Of a stretch of 64,000 bases of DNA, positions 11,047 through 21,516 are shown one piece after another (within the stretch, counting starts at the first letter, position 1; each line of letters begins with the position of its first letter). This stretch comes from Rhynchopus sp. YZ270_cl-10 (lineage: Eukaryota), in NCBI GenBank assembly GCA_964035575.1, contig OZ037843.1:1488001-1552000 (forward strand), written 5' to 3'. A model generated the notes under the pieces. That model saw nothing but the letters and a program-made list of their open reading frames with translations, was not told where the DNA came from and made no database searches. Made by a program: the position numbers and the translations under genes.

Positions 11047-13665
11047 ATGCCGACATGCGGGATCCAGTCGCTGACAGTACTGCTGTGTGTGGTGCTGATT
11101 CTGTCGACAGGTGCGATCATCGGTGGCTTCACTCTGTCAACATGGGACGACCTTCTGGAGAAGGCACGTGACACAGGTGACGAGGGCTTCGGGATGTGTC
11201 TCGACAGTGGTACGGCGGACATCGAAACAGTCTCGGCACGCTACCTGCGCTCTGTTCTTGGCAACGTGGACACGGCAGTGAAGGAGTACTTGAAGGTGCC
11301 TGAGCAGCTCGTGGTCTCGCTGGCAAACCTGGCACAGGCGTACCACCCAAACATCAGCACGAGCCCTGCCTTTGCGTCTTCAGTGTTGCGTCCTTCTCTG
11401 TTGTCCGCTTATCGGGCTGGGGATACCTCTGGGCTGCAGCAGATGTCGATCCAAACGTACCCGTGGTCTCCTGCACATCCTGTTCCGTGGAAGAGGGGTG
11501 ACGGGTTTGCAGGGTGGGGCTCGCGGGTTGGGTTCGGGGCTGTGGACGAGCCGACTGGCGTCACACCTGCGGACGGAACCAAGGTGCTCCTTGTGTACGA
11601 GATGCGTAACCCTGCGACGTTGGCAGTAGGTATATCGGACTTCACCATCTTGACAGAATGCACTGACACTGGGGAGTTCAAGAACCCCACACAGCGGTGC
11701 AACCCCTATCCGAACTACAACCTAGGACAGGTACGTGGAATGTGCATATTTCCCATGGCTGCAATCGAACCTCCAGGCTCGCCAGGTCACCAGGCCCGTG
11801 GCAGACAGCTCTACTACCTGAGTCCCGACGAGCCACCCCTGAACCCAACGGACACGCTGCTTTACTCTGCCCTGCAGGTTCAGTGGGCCAGCATGTCGTG
11901 GGAGCTCACCTACACCTTCACCCACCCAGATATGTACACGATGCACCCCAAGCAGGGCAAGCGTGTGGGTTGTGTGGTTGCCACCGTGACTGCGAAAGGG
12001 GTGACCGACGTGGTGCGTGCACAGCTGCTTCCGAAGGACACGTCGTTGTACGTGGTAGAGGACGACCGTGGTGCCGTCGGGGAACTTGTTGCGTACAACA
12101 GAGGACGGCAACTGCGGATGGAACGACGCCGGAGCCCCATTGGCACTCTGACGGACATGGCAGCCAGCTTCAACGTGACGAACCACTCGATGGAAGACGC
12201 GACGTCGCACATCCCCTCAGTGATTGCAGAGCACGGGCGGTTTGTGTTCACACACCCGCAGAACTACAAAGACCTTGTGGAGAAGACAGAGGACTCCTTC
12301 CTGAAGTGGTCTGACTCGAACGGCACGGAGTTCTGGACAATCACGTCGACAATTGAACACAAAACAATCCTGTGGTATTCAACCCTTCTTGTGCCGAGGA
12401 CGTCTGTGATGGATACGATTGATGCGTCGACGAATGCAATCCGTGCGAAGGTGGCATCAGATCTGTCCTCTGCAGACGCACAGAAGGAGGATGCGGTGAC
12501 TGTGATGGCGATTGTGACGGCTGTTGCAGTCATCGGACTTCTTGCCATTGCTGTTGTGTTCACACGCTACATCACGTCACCTCTGCTGAAGCTTGGGAGT
12601 GAGATGGCAAGTGTGGCTGTGATGGACCTGGAGGCTGTGGACACGGGCCGTGCAGTGTCGCAGCTGAGTGAAGTGGGGATGATGCAGCGCAGCTTTGTTA
12701 CCATGGTGGCGAACCTGGTGGAGTACCGGAACTACATGCCGCAGAGTGTGCTTGTCAATGACAGCGACAAAGAGGAAGAGTCTGTGACAGAGTCTGCACG
12801 GGACCAGAGGTCACAGTCAGGCAGGTCGACGCGTTCGCATACGACAACCCGTACACAGAGTTCAGTTGTTACGACGCAGGCACAGAAGGCACTGCTGCGT
12901 GTGGAGGAACTTAAGAAGAAGAAGGTGTCTCTGGCACACATGAACGTCGTGTCGTGGCACGCCTTTATCAAGAAGCACAAGGACTCAGAGGTGCTCTCCG
13001 CACACGCAGGTGTGATTGAGAGGATCCTGACAGCAGTGCAGCACAACAAGGGTGTGTGCGACACGTTCTCTGGAGACAAGATGCTTGCCACCTTCAACGC
13101 CTTTGTTCCGAAGCCGTCTCACTGTGCTTCTTGCGTGAAGGCTGCACACGAAGCAGCAACAGCACTTGGTGATGTGCACACGATCTCGTATGGGTGCACG
13201 ACAGGCGAGGCACGTGTCGGGAACATGGGTTGCAACGGGATGAAGAAGGTGTCGATTCTTTCGCAGTCCATGTCGTGGGTGGTTGCGCTTGAGCGTTGGA
13301 ACAGAATGAACGACCTTCCTGGTGTCATCGACCGTAACCTGTCACGTGAGACGGAGGGACAGGTGGTGCTCCGTTGTGCAGGTGCTGTGCTGTACGAGAA
13401 GTTCAGTGAGAAGGCACAGACTGTATTTGCTGTGAAGGGTCTGTGCAGCAGCGAAAACGAGGAGTGGATGTACCAGCTGGAGTCTGCCTCAAACAACCCG
13501 CACGCACTGTGGAACGAGGTCTTCGAGCACATCATCAGACAGGACTTTGAGAAGGCGTCTTCTCTGCTGGACAGCGTCGCTCAGGACCAACGCACACCTT
13601 ACGAAGAGCTTATGGGCTATGTGCGGCAGAAAGAGTTTACACCGTACGTTGTGGTAATGTACTGA
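11047..13665 (+). CDS. Receptor-type cyclase-like protein, paralog 2
   Basis: Same architecture as 5799-8447 and near-identical over most of its length; ATG 11047 (MPTCGIQ). Confidence 0.85.
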   Translation: MPTCGIQSLTVLLCVVLILSTGAIIGGFTLSTWDDLLEKARDTGDEGFGMCLDSGTADIETVSARYLRSVLGNVDTAVKEYLKVPEQLVVSLANLAQAYHPNISTSPAFASSVLRPSLLSAYRAGDTSGLQQMSIQTYPWSPAHPVPWKRGDGFAGWGSRVGFGAVDEPTGVTPADGTKVLLVYEMRNPATLAVGISDFTILTECTDTGEFKNPTQRCNPYPNYNLGQVRGMCIFPMAAIEPPGSPGHQARGRQLYYLSPDEPPLNPTDTLLYSALQVQWASMSWELTYTFTHPDMYTMHPKQGKRVGCVVATVTAKGVTDVVRAQLLPKDTSLYVVEDDRGAVGELVAYNRGRQLRMERRRSPIGTLTDMAASFNVTNHSMEDATSHIPSVIAEHGRFVFTHPQNYKDLVEKTEDSFLKWSDSNGTEFWTITSTIEHKTILWYSTLLVPRTSVMDTIDASTNAIRAKVASDLSSADAQKEDAVTVMAIVTAVAVIGLLAIAVVFTRYITSPLLKLGSEMASVAVMDLEAVDTGRAVSQLSEVGMMQRSFVTMVANLVEYRNYMPQSVLVNDSDKEEESVTESARDQRSQSGRSTRSHTTTRTQSSVVTTQAQKALLRVEELKKKKVSLAHMNVVSWHAFIKKHKDSEVLSAHAGVIERILTAVQHNKGVCDTFSGDKMLATFNAFVPKPSHCASCVKAAHEAATALGDVHTISYGCTTGEARVGNMGCNGMKKVSILSQSMSWVVALERWNRMNDLPGVIDRNLSRETEGQVVLRCAGAVLYEKFSEKAQTVFAVKGLCSSENEEWMYQLESASNNPHALWNEVFEHIIRQDFEKASSLLDSVAQDQRTPYEELMGYVRQKEFTPYVVVMY

Positions 13666-13746
13666 GGATGCGTTTCACTGATACTGCAGTTGACACTGTA
13701 GTGGTACGTTTGATTATGTGAAAACATAATAAAACGTAACATAATA

Positions 13747-13860
13747 GAGGCACGGCACTTTTGTGGAATTTTGTGGAATTTTTTATAAGGGGAAAAAGTA
13801 GAAGTCGAGTTTTTGAAATTCCACAAAATTCCACAAAATTCCACAAAAGTGCCGTGCCTC
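13747..13860. mobile_element. 114-bp hairpin MITE
   Basis: TIR GAGGCACGGCACTTTTGTGGAATTTTGTGGAATTT and its reverse complement. Confidence 0.7.
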
Positions 13861-14376
13861 CAATGATTAAAAAAAAAAAAGCACATAATTATTATTGGTG
13901 TGATTCAGGTACGGACAACCCACGGGAGAACCACGGAGAACTGTTTCAGCTCTATTTAGATTTGCGGAGTACCTTCGGGGGAACCACGGAGAATCCGTTT
14001 GGGTGATCACACCATAAATACATGCAATGCTAAAAGGAAATTGAACACCCTACCCCAACCCCTTTCCTGTTTTCTTTTGTGGGGAGGTTTGGAGTTGAGC
14101 CACACTTCACTGACAGGTCGAGGTGTGCGTTTCACCACAACCTGCCCTTTTTTTTTTGTCTTTATTGTTTTATTGTTTCATTGTTTTTCAAGTGGAGAAA
14201 CAACATAAAGGACCACGAGTGCAGTTCTAATTTTCTCTCTTGAAAGTGAAACATTGCGAAAAGCATGTATCGTGTATATTTTTTTGTTTTCAACTTACCT
14301 TCCTTCACCCCCCTGTAAGGGCAACCGTAGGTGAAGTAAGGTATAGTATTGAAATCGATGTGGGGGGGGGGGGGGG

Positions 14377-15566
14377 TAGGTGGGGGCAAAACCTTCAGGA
14401 CGGGTGAGGCATTTTGACTTTTTTGGACTTCCGCGCAAAGTACCCACAAACCACCCCTCATACCCACCCAGAAATGGGTCAGAAACACCCTGTGACCCGA
14501 AAATCCATGCTAAGGGCGACTCAGAATATGAAAAAATGCAAAAAAATAGTGAAAAAGTGGCCTTTTGACGGTTTTGGCCATGTTGGGTAAAATGGCCATT
14601 TTTGGACAAAAAAATCAAAAAAACAGCAAAATTTCGACGTCATGACAGCTGCTTGGGCACAAACCTACCCCAGGGAGGTCCTGTGAGTCCATTCCGACCT
14701 GTTTTGGACACTTTAGGTACTTTTTTTGGCCGTTTTTTGGTGTTTTTAGGTCAAAAAATACCCTGGACTTTACCCTGGACGTCCCTGGGCCGCGACTTGC
14801 GCCCTGCTTTTGGACCCACTCTGGGCCAAAAAATGGGTGAAAACCCCCGAAAAAGCACTCCGGGAACCCAGATAGTTCCAAATATCCACCAGAAACCCAC
14901 CCAAACACCTCAAAAACATGCCAGAAAAATATTTTCAAAAACACACTTTTTTCAAAAAGTTCATCTGGGCAGGTTCCATAATGACTTATTTGAAAAAGTG
15001 TGTTTTTAAAAATATTTTTCTGGCATGTTTTTGAGGTGTTTGGGTGGGTTTCTGGTGGATATTTGGAACTATCTGGGTTCCCGGAGTGCTTTTTCGGGGG
15101 TTTTCACCCATTTTTTGGCCCAGAGTGGGTCCAAAAGCAGGGCGCAAGTCGCGGCCCAGGGACGTCCAGGGTAAAGTCCAGGGTATTTTTTGACCTAAAA
15201 ACACCAAAAAACGGCCAAAAAAAGTACCTAAAGTGTCCAAAACAGGTCGGAATGGACTCACAGGACCTCCCTGGGGTAGGTTTGTGCCCAAGCAGCTGTC
15301 ATGACGTCGAAATTTTGCTGTTTTTTTGATTTTTTTGTCCAAAAATGGCCATTTTACCCAACATGGCCAAAACCGTCAAAAGGCCACTTTTTCACTATTT
15401 TTTTGCATTTTTTCATATTCTGAGTCGCCCTTAGCATGGATTTTCGGGTCACAGGGTGTTTCTGACCCATTTCTGGGTGGGTATGAGGGGTGGTTTGTAC
15501 GTACTTTGCGCGGAAGTCCAAAAAAGTCAAAATGCCTCAAAAAAATAGGGGTTTTGCCCCCACCTA
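14377..15566. mobile_element. Foldback element with ~560-bp near-perfect inverted arms, inserted in a poly-G tract
   Basis: 14405-~14960 is the reverse complement of ~14985-15539; outer IR TAGGTGGGGGCAAAACC; G-runs on both sides; empty site at ~31497-31530. Confidence 0.9.
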
Positions 15567-15901
15567 GGGGGGGGGGGGGTAAAGGGTCAATTTTACAAAA
15601 CCAGATTTTGAGGAAAATTTTAGCCGAAAATGGGCCCCACGTATAAGCAACCGGGCTCATATTTCTCAAAATTTAAGTGGTCAAAAAATTGTCCAATTTT
15701 CGAGATTGACCCCACCACTGCACGGGCGGAGCCCAAAAATGCAAATAAGGACCCTTTTTAATTTGTTCTCTTGAAATGTGTAATTTCATGTTTTCGCGAA
15801 AAAAATAACAACTGATCCCTACAAGGGTTGAAGGAAGGTGGTTGAAAACAACAGTAACAACAAGGACAAGTAATTGCTAAGGAAAAACGGGTGTGCTGTG
15901 G

Positions 15902-17029
15902 AATGAGGGTGTACTGAAGGGTGACCCAAAGGGTCGCACAAGCGAGGAGATCAAGGGCGCCATTCGGGGGAAGATCGGCAAGCTGTTCAGCGACCGGCGG
16001 GCTGACAGGAAGAAGGCGCTCCGCAAACAGTACGCGCAGCAGAAGAAGGAGGAACGGCAGCGTACGGACGCAGCGACGCCAGACCGCAACTCACGCACGG
16101 CGCGATGCATCGTTCTGGAGGAAGGGGGCGTGGACGAGGCTGATGTGGCGGTGGAGCGGGATGTGCCGGAGAGACGTGCAGTGTCACCCACCCCCACTAA
16201 GACTCCTACAAAGACCCCTGCAAAGACACCTACAAAGTCACCATCACAGACACCTACAAAGTCTACCGCAAAGACGACGCAACCGCTAGAGTCCCTGTCG
16301 TCGATGGAAGACAGCGAGAGCGAACACAGCGACCACGATGCGGTGAGCGGGGACGACGAGATGGCCGAGCCGACACCGCAATTCAGAACGCACAAAACGG
16401 ACAAAACGCACAGAGCACAAGCACCTACATCGCTCAATGAGGGCGTACTGAAGGGTGACCCAAAGGGTCGCACAAGCGAGGAGATCAAGGACGCCATTCG
16501 GGGGAAGATCGGCAAGCTGTTCAGCGACCGGCGGGCTGACAGGAAGAAGGCGCTCCGCAAACAGTACGCGCAACAGAAGGAGGAGGAACGGCAACGTGCA
16601 GCTGCATTGGAACGGACACCATCCCCCAAGAAGAAGAAGACGAAGACGAGGTCGCCGTCGCCAGAAGCCGACTACTTCTGGATGACAGACGAGGAGACGG
16701 GTGAGAGGCTGTGCTGCGAAATAGTGAAGGAGCGCCACCTCACAGGGTACGAATGGGAGATGGAGAGCTCTGAGGCCAGCGGCGTGGAGGCAGGGGAATA
16801 CGTCCCTCGCATGTACAAGCCGCAGCACAACACCAAGACGCGCACCGAAGCCCAGCGACAAAAGGCTCTGCGCAAGACGGAGAAGGTCGCTGAGCCGCTA
16901 CGCAAGCCCCGTAAGGAGAAAGGGAGCAACAGGCGTGCGACAGCGGCATGGACGCCGGGGAAGATGAGGCCGCCACCCACACCACCGCCGAATGGGAAGA
17001 AGCGTGCACAGGGGACGGCCAGTCACTGA
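15902..17029 (+). CDS. Retroelement upstream ORF (5'-truncated): basic, low-complexity, with a duplicated ~54-aa unit
   Basis: Open frame to TGA 17027-17029; NEGVLKGDPKGRTSEEIK.AIRGKIGKLFSDRRADRKKALRKQYAQQK occurs twice; TPTK repeats. Confidence 0.65.
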   Translation, partial: NEGVLKGDPKGRTSEEIKGAIRGKIGKLFSDRRADRKKALRKQYAQQKKEERQRTDAATPDRNSRTARCIVLEEGGVDEADVAVERDVPERRAVSPTPTKTPTKTPAKTPTKSPSQTPTKSTAKTTQPLESLSSMEDSESEHSDHDAVSGDDEMAEPTPQFRTHKTDKTHRAQAPTSLNEGVLKGDPKGRTSEEIKDAIRGKIGKLFSDRRADRKKALRKQYAQQKEEERQRAAALERTPSPKKKKTKTRSPSPEADYFWMTDEETGERLCCEIVKERHLTGYEWEMESSEASGVEAGEYVPRMYKPQHNTKTRTEAQRQKALRKTEKVAEPLRKPRKEKGSNRRATAAWTPGKMRPPPTPPPNGKKRAQGTASH

Positions 17030-20000
17030 CCCATTACCCAAGCAGCCCCTGCCCCATCCCGACTATACCACTACACCACCACAGTCCGCATACGGCTGCT
17101 GCGAGCTGGTGTCGAAAGAAAGCCAGGTCCAAAGTCTCTTCGTTGCGTGTCGTACAACATCAACGGTATGACGGAGGATCGAGAAATGGAACTCAGACTG
17201 CTCTTTGCCCAGCAAGAATACGACGTCATCCTCTTGCAGGAGCTGAAGGCCAGCCAAACTGGTGACACTGTGTTTGACGGATACACGACGTTCAAGCGTG
17301 AAAGAACGCAAGAGCGCAATACTGGTCCGGTGACGCAAGGTGGGGGCATTGCGACGCTGGTGCGTACAAAGCTGACAGCCACACAGAAGTATACTGCACC
17401 ACATGCATCTGTGACAGAACGACTCGACGTTGAAGTAGAAGGGGTATTGTTCGTCAACCTGTACCGCCCGTGTGGTACGGAGAGCGCGGATGATCAACGG
17501 ACAGATGGCTTTGACGTCGACACACTCCCTTCAACTGGCAAAGTGGTGATAGCAGGAGATGTGAATGCGCACCACCACACCTGGGATAGCTACGTGAAAG
17601 GGGACAAACTCGGAAAGACGATCTACCTGTGGACACTGGAACACAAGTTCAAGATTGCGAACGACCCAGCCAAGGCAACACGGCTGCGTGTTACGACCAG
17701 GTCGTCACCGGACGTAGTCCTCACCTCAAAGGCCGTACCGCTCACAAACTGGGACGCGCGGGCAGGAGGGACATCAGACCATATTGCTGTAGAGTTCACA
17801 GTGCTCTGCAAAACTCCGACCCACACCACACAGCCACCAACAGCAAAGCGCAAGACGTGGAACTGGAAGAGGGCGGACTGGCCACGCTTTACTGCGATGC
17901 TTGAGGCAAGCACAGCTGCCACGCTCAGGCGCAGTAACTGCAACGACACGTACTGCAAGTGGCTGGGGATGGTGAAGAAGGCGGCCGAGGCGTGTATTCC
18001 TAAAAAAAGACGTACCAAGAGGAAAAAGCGCTGGTTTAGTGGTGACACTAAACGAGCGATCCGACAGCGGGATCAAGAGCTGGCGAGGCAACTTGCTGCT
18101 ACCACGATCACGACACAAGACGCAGCCTACCTCAAGCAACTGCGTCAGGAGGCCACAAAGCTGATTCGTGAAGCGAAACGCAGGACGTGGGTGCAGCACT
18201 GCGAGAAGGCGTCTGCGGCAAAGGACCTGAGTGACACCTTCGACCTTATTCGCTCCCTAGACGGAAGATCGAAGAAGCCCAGCGGCGTCCCACTCCACTT
18301 GGACGGGAAGCCTCTGACGGACCCATGCGAGAAGGCGAATGCGATGGCGGAGCACCTTGCGCAGGTATCGCGTGGGCAGCGAGCAGACCCGACACCTCGA
18401 CGGCAAACTAAGCGAGTGGTGACGGACTTCAGTCCTGGTGAAGCGGAGTTCACGCGATGCGAGCTACAGACAGCGATCGACGAGCTCGAGCAAAAGAAGT
18501 CGCCTGGCCAGGATGAGGTGTACAATGAGTGGCTGCAACATTTGGGGGAGCGAGCACAGGCGGCGCTACTTCATGTGTGCAACCTCTCTTGGACTACAGC
18601 AACGCTTCCAGAAGCATGGACCACAGCCACAGTGATCCCTGCACACAAACCTGGTCGTGACCCGACGCATCCGGCATCATACCGTCCGATATCACTCACC
18701 AGCGGAGTCTCCAAGGTGATGGAGAAGATGGTGAAACGCCGCATGCACCAATTGATGGACGCACCCAACACTGGAGTCAAGAAGCTACACTCGGCGCAGG
18801 CTGGCTTCAGACCTCTGAGGGGGACGACCGACCAACTGCAGTATATTGTTCAGAACGTGAGCAACACACTGTCCAGCAAACGATGTGGGGTCCTTCTGAC
18901 TTGCGACATGGACAAAGCGTTTGACCGTGTCAGCCGTGAGAAGATTAAAACGAAGATCAACACCATGGGATTCCCACCTCGCTACTACAACTGGCTGTCA
19001 AGCTACCTCAGCAACCGCAGCTACAAAGTGAGGGTTGAAGGCCACCTAGGCGACCGCTACACCTCGGAGGACGGCGTCCCCCAAGGCACTGTATTGGCGC
19101 CGCTGCTCTTCAACCTTGTCATGGACCAACTCGCAGACTCGCTCAGCTCGATGGGGCCGGATGTGAAACCGGCGTTGTTCGCTGACGACGTTGCGATACT
19201 GGTTGTCGGGGACTCCCTGTCAGAGGCCCTGCAACTTGCACAGACAGTCTTGGGTGTGGTGGAAGCGTTCTGCACGGATACTAACCTGCTCCTCTCACCA
19301 TCCAAGACCACATGGACACACATCGCTGCACGCAAGACTGTAGAACGCACGGACACCTCCGAGCTTCCGCAGCTGGTGTACGCGAATGGAACGCCAATTG
19401 CGGAAGAGCCCAATCCCAGATACCTTGGGGTGGTGCTGGACAGCACTTGTCTGATGGCGGCGCATGCGGACCTGGTGATGGAGAGGTTTTCGAAACGCCT
19501 CAACATTCTGCACCAATTGGCAGGAACAGACTGGGGATGCGACGCGCACACGCTCCGAGCGGCTTACCTGTGCTACGTGTACCCGACAGTGACGTATGCG
19601 GCTAGTGTGTACGGAGAGCGCATACCGACGAAGGTCCAGGAAGAGCTGGAGAACCTTCACCGCAAAGCAGCTAAGGTCATTACAGGCTGCGACTACATGA
19701 CCACGAAAACAGACCTGTACTGGGAGGCGCAGCTAAGCACTGTGTCTTCTCTATTCACAACAGCAGCGGCGGACGACCTGGAGAAGTTCATGCGGGTGGA
19801 GGACTCCCCTGGTAGAGCTGCTGCGACATCGACCAAGCTGCCTGGAGGCTGCAGCTGGCTTGCCAAAGCGATGGAGACCGTGGAGGAGACGGGAGCCTAT
19901 CGCCACAGCATACGCGCACCCTTACTGGACCACGACCCCGTGGCTCCGTGGGAGTGGGACCGCATGCTGAATGACGTGCTGATCACACCAGAAATACCGG

Positions 20001-21516
20001 GTGTCAGCAAGAGTGACTCCACAAGCAGCGAAGAGAACCGGCAAAGGACGGAACTGGCTCTTGCGGCTCTGCCACCCCACACGGGACGCGTCTACACAGA
20101 CGGATCCTTGCACACGGTGGACAGAACACCACGCGCTTCACTGACCACCAGACCAGCGCACCCCCAGGGAGGAGCAGGGGCCATCTTCTACCACAACGAT
20201 GGCTCCACTACACCAGCGAGGGCACACCAAGCATCCAGTGGCGCAGGCACACTCTGTGCTCGGCCTATCAGGCAGAGCTGGTGGCACTATGCCTAGGGCT
20301 TGAGGGACTGACAGTGTGGAAGGCACCGGCCAAGGTGGTACTTCTCACTGACTGCCAATCGGCGCTGATGAAGCTGCAGGGTGGTCCTAAAGGAACGAGG
20401 GAGGAGATCCTGCACCGCATCTGGCACCTGATTCGCGAGCGAACGACGGAAGGGTTCACCCTGCACTTCCACTACGTGCCATCGCATGTAGGTATTGAGG
20501 GTAACGAAGCTGCTGACGAGCTGTCCAAACGGGCGGCCCGCAAGTCGAACCAGTCGGAACCGATCAGCCTGGCGTGCATTCGAGCGTGCCATCGCCGGCT
20601 CACGCTTGCAAAGGTACCGCAACCGGCTGCTTCGTCGATCTACTGCTACGCCCGTGGCACAACGACCGCGAAGCAGCTTCACCGACCTGCACTGCGCACG
20701 CCCGGCCTGACCAGGCGAGGCGCTGTCACCATCAGACTACTGCGGACGAGTCGCCACCCTCTAGTATATGACAAATACGCAGAGGACAGGAAAGCAGCAT
20801 GTCCATTGTGTGGACAGGGATCCACGCTCAGACACGTTCTCGGTGTGTGCAAGAAAGCGGCGCACCTGAGACCACTCCCAACCACGTCATACGGTGCACT
20901 GATGGAGGATCACGCAGCCGACCTTCTGCGCTACCTCGTAGAGGCGGGATTTATTGACGCAGAGACAGACGACCTTCTCCGACCATCGCAGTAAAAGGGA
21001 TGAGAGGGGAGGACATTTTATCTTTACTTTTTCTATACTTTTTACTTTTCAAGCTAATCAAACAAATGCAAATAAAAAAAAAAAAAAAAAACATCATATC
21101 ATTGCTTTAGTGCCGCGTCCACGACGCGTTGCACTACCAACATCACTTTGCTTTTCTTTTCTTTTCACAAAAAAAAAAAAAAAAAACAAAAAAAAAAAAA
21201 AACAAAAAAAAACCCCTTTTTTAAAAAATTTTTACTCCGTGGTTAACCTCGTTTGAGGTTGCGCGGAGTCCAAAGTCAGGCCAGGGAGCCACCCAACCAG
21301 GCTCAACTGCCACATAGGGGGGGGAGATGTGTGCTGTCTGTGTAGTCCCCTCAAAACAAGAACAGGGAAACTGTCCCCCACTGCCTTGAGCGGTGTGGAA
21401 CCCCGCCACGTAGAACAACAAGTAAGCGTGGTATGAGGCAGTATCAGGGTCATGTGCCAGCACCCGCGGCAGCACTAAACCCGCCTACAATGTAGGTAAT
21501 CGTAAAAAAAAAAAAA
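15904..21516 (+). mobile_element. 5'-truncated non-LTR retrotransposon (Ingi/I-group-like) with extended 3' tail
   Basis: APE-RT-RNase H ORF; poly(A); 21-bp TSD AAAAACGGGTGTGCTGTGGAA at 15883-15903 and 21517-21537. Confidence 0.92.
17030..20994 (+). pseudogene. Retroelement polyprotein: 2A-like motif, apurinic endonuclease, reverse transcriptase, RNase H, CCHC finger; one frameshift at ~20255
   Basis: APE: SYNING, ILLQE, AGDVNAHH, SPDVVL, SDH. RT: YRPISLTS, QAGFR, DMDKAFD, GVPQGTVLAPLLF, FADD, YLGV. RNase H: YTDGS, then in the shifted frame CSAYQAELVAL, LTDCQS, VPSHVGIEGNEAADELSK. CPLC-x7-H-x4-C. Confidence 0.92.

Noticed and set aside
14602..15342. Identical ORF pairs on opposite strands (also at 45201-46336)
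   Set aside because: A by-product of the inverted arms; no transposase motifs
17147..20296. Prokaryotic RT system (retron, DGR, group II intron) driving the receptor variation
   Set aside because: APE-RT-RNase H with poly(A) and TSD is a non-LTR retrotransposon; no template/variable repeat pair with adenine-specific changes was seen
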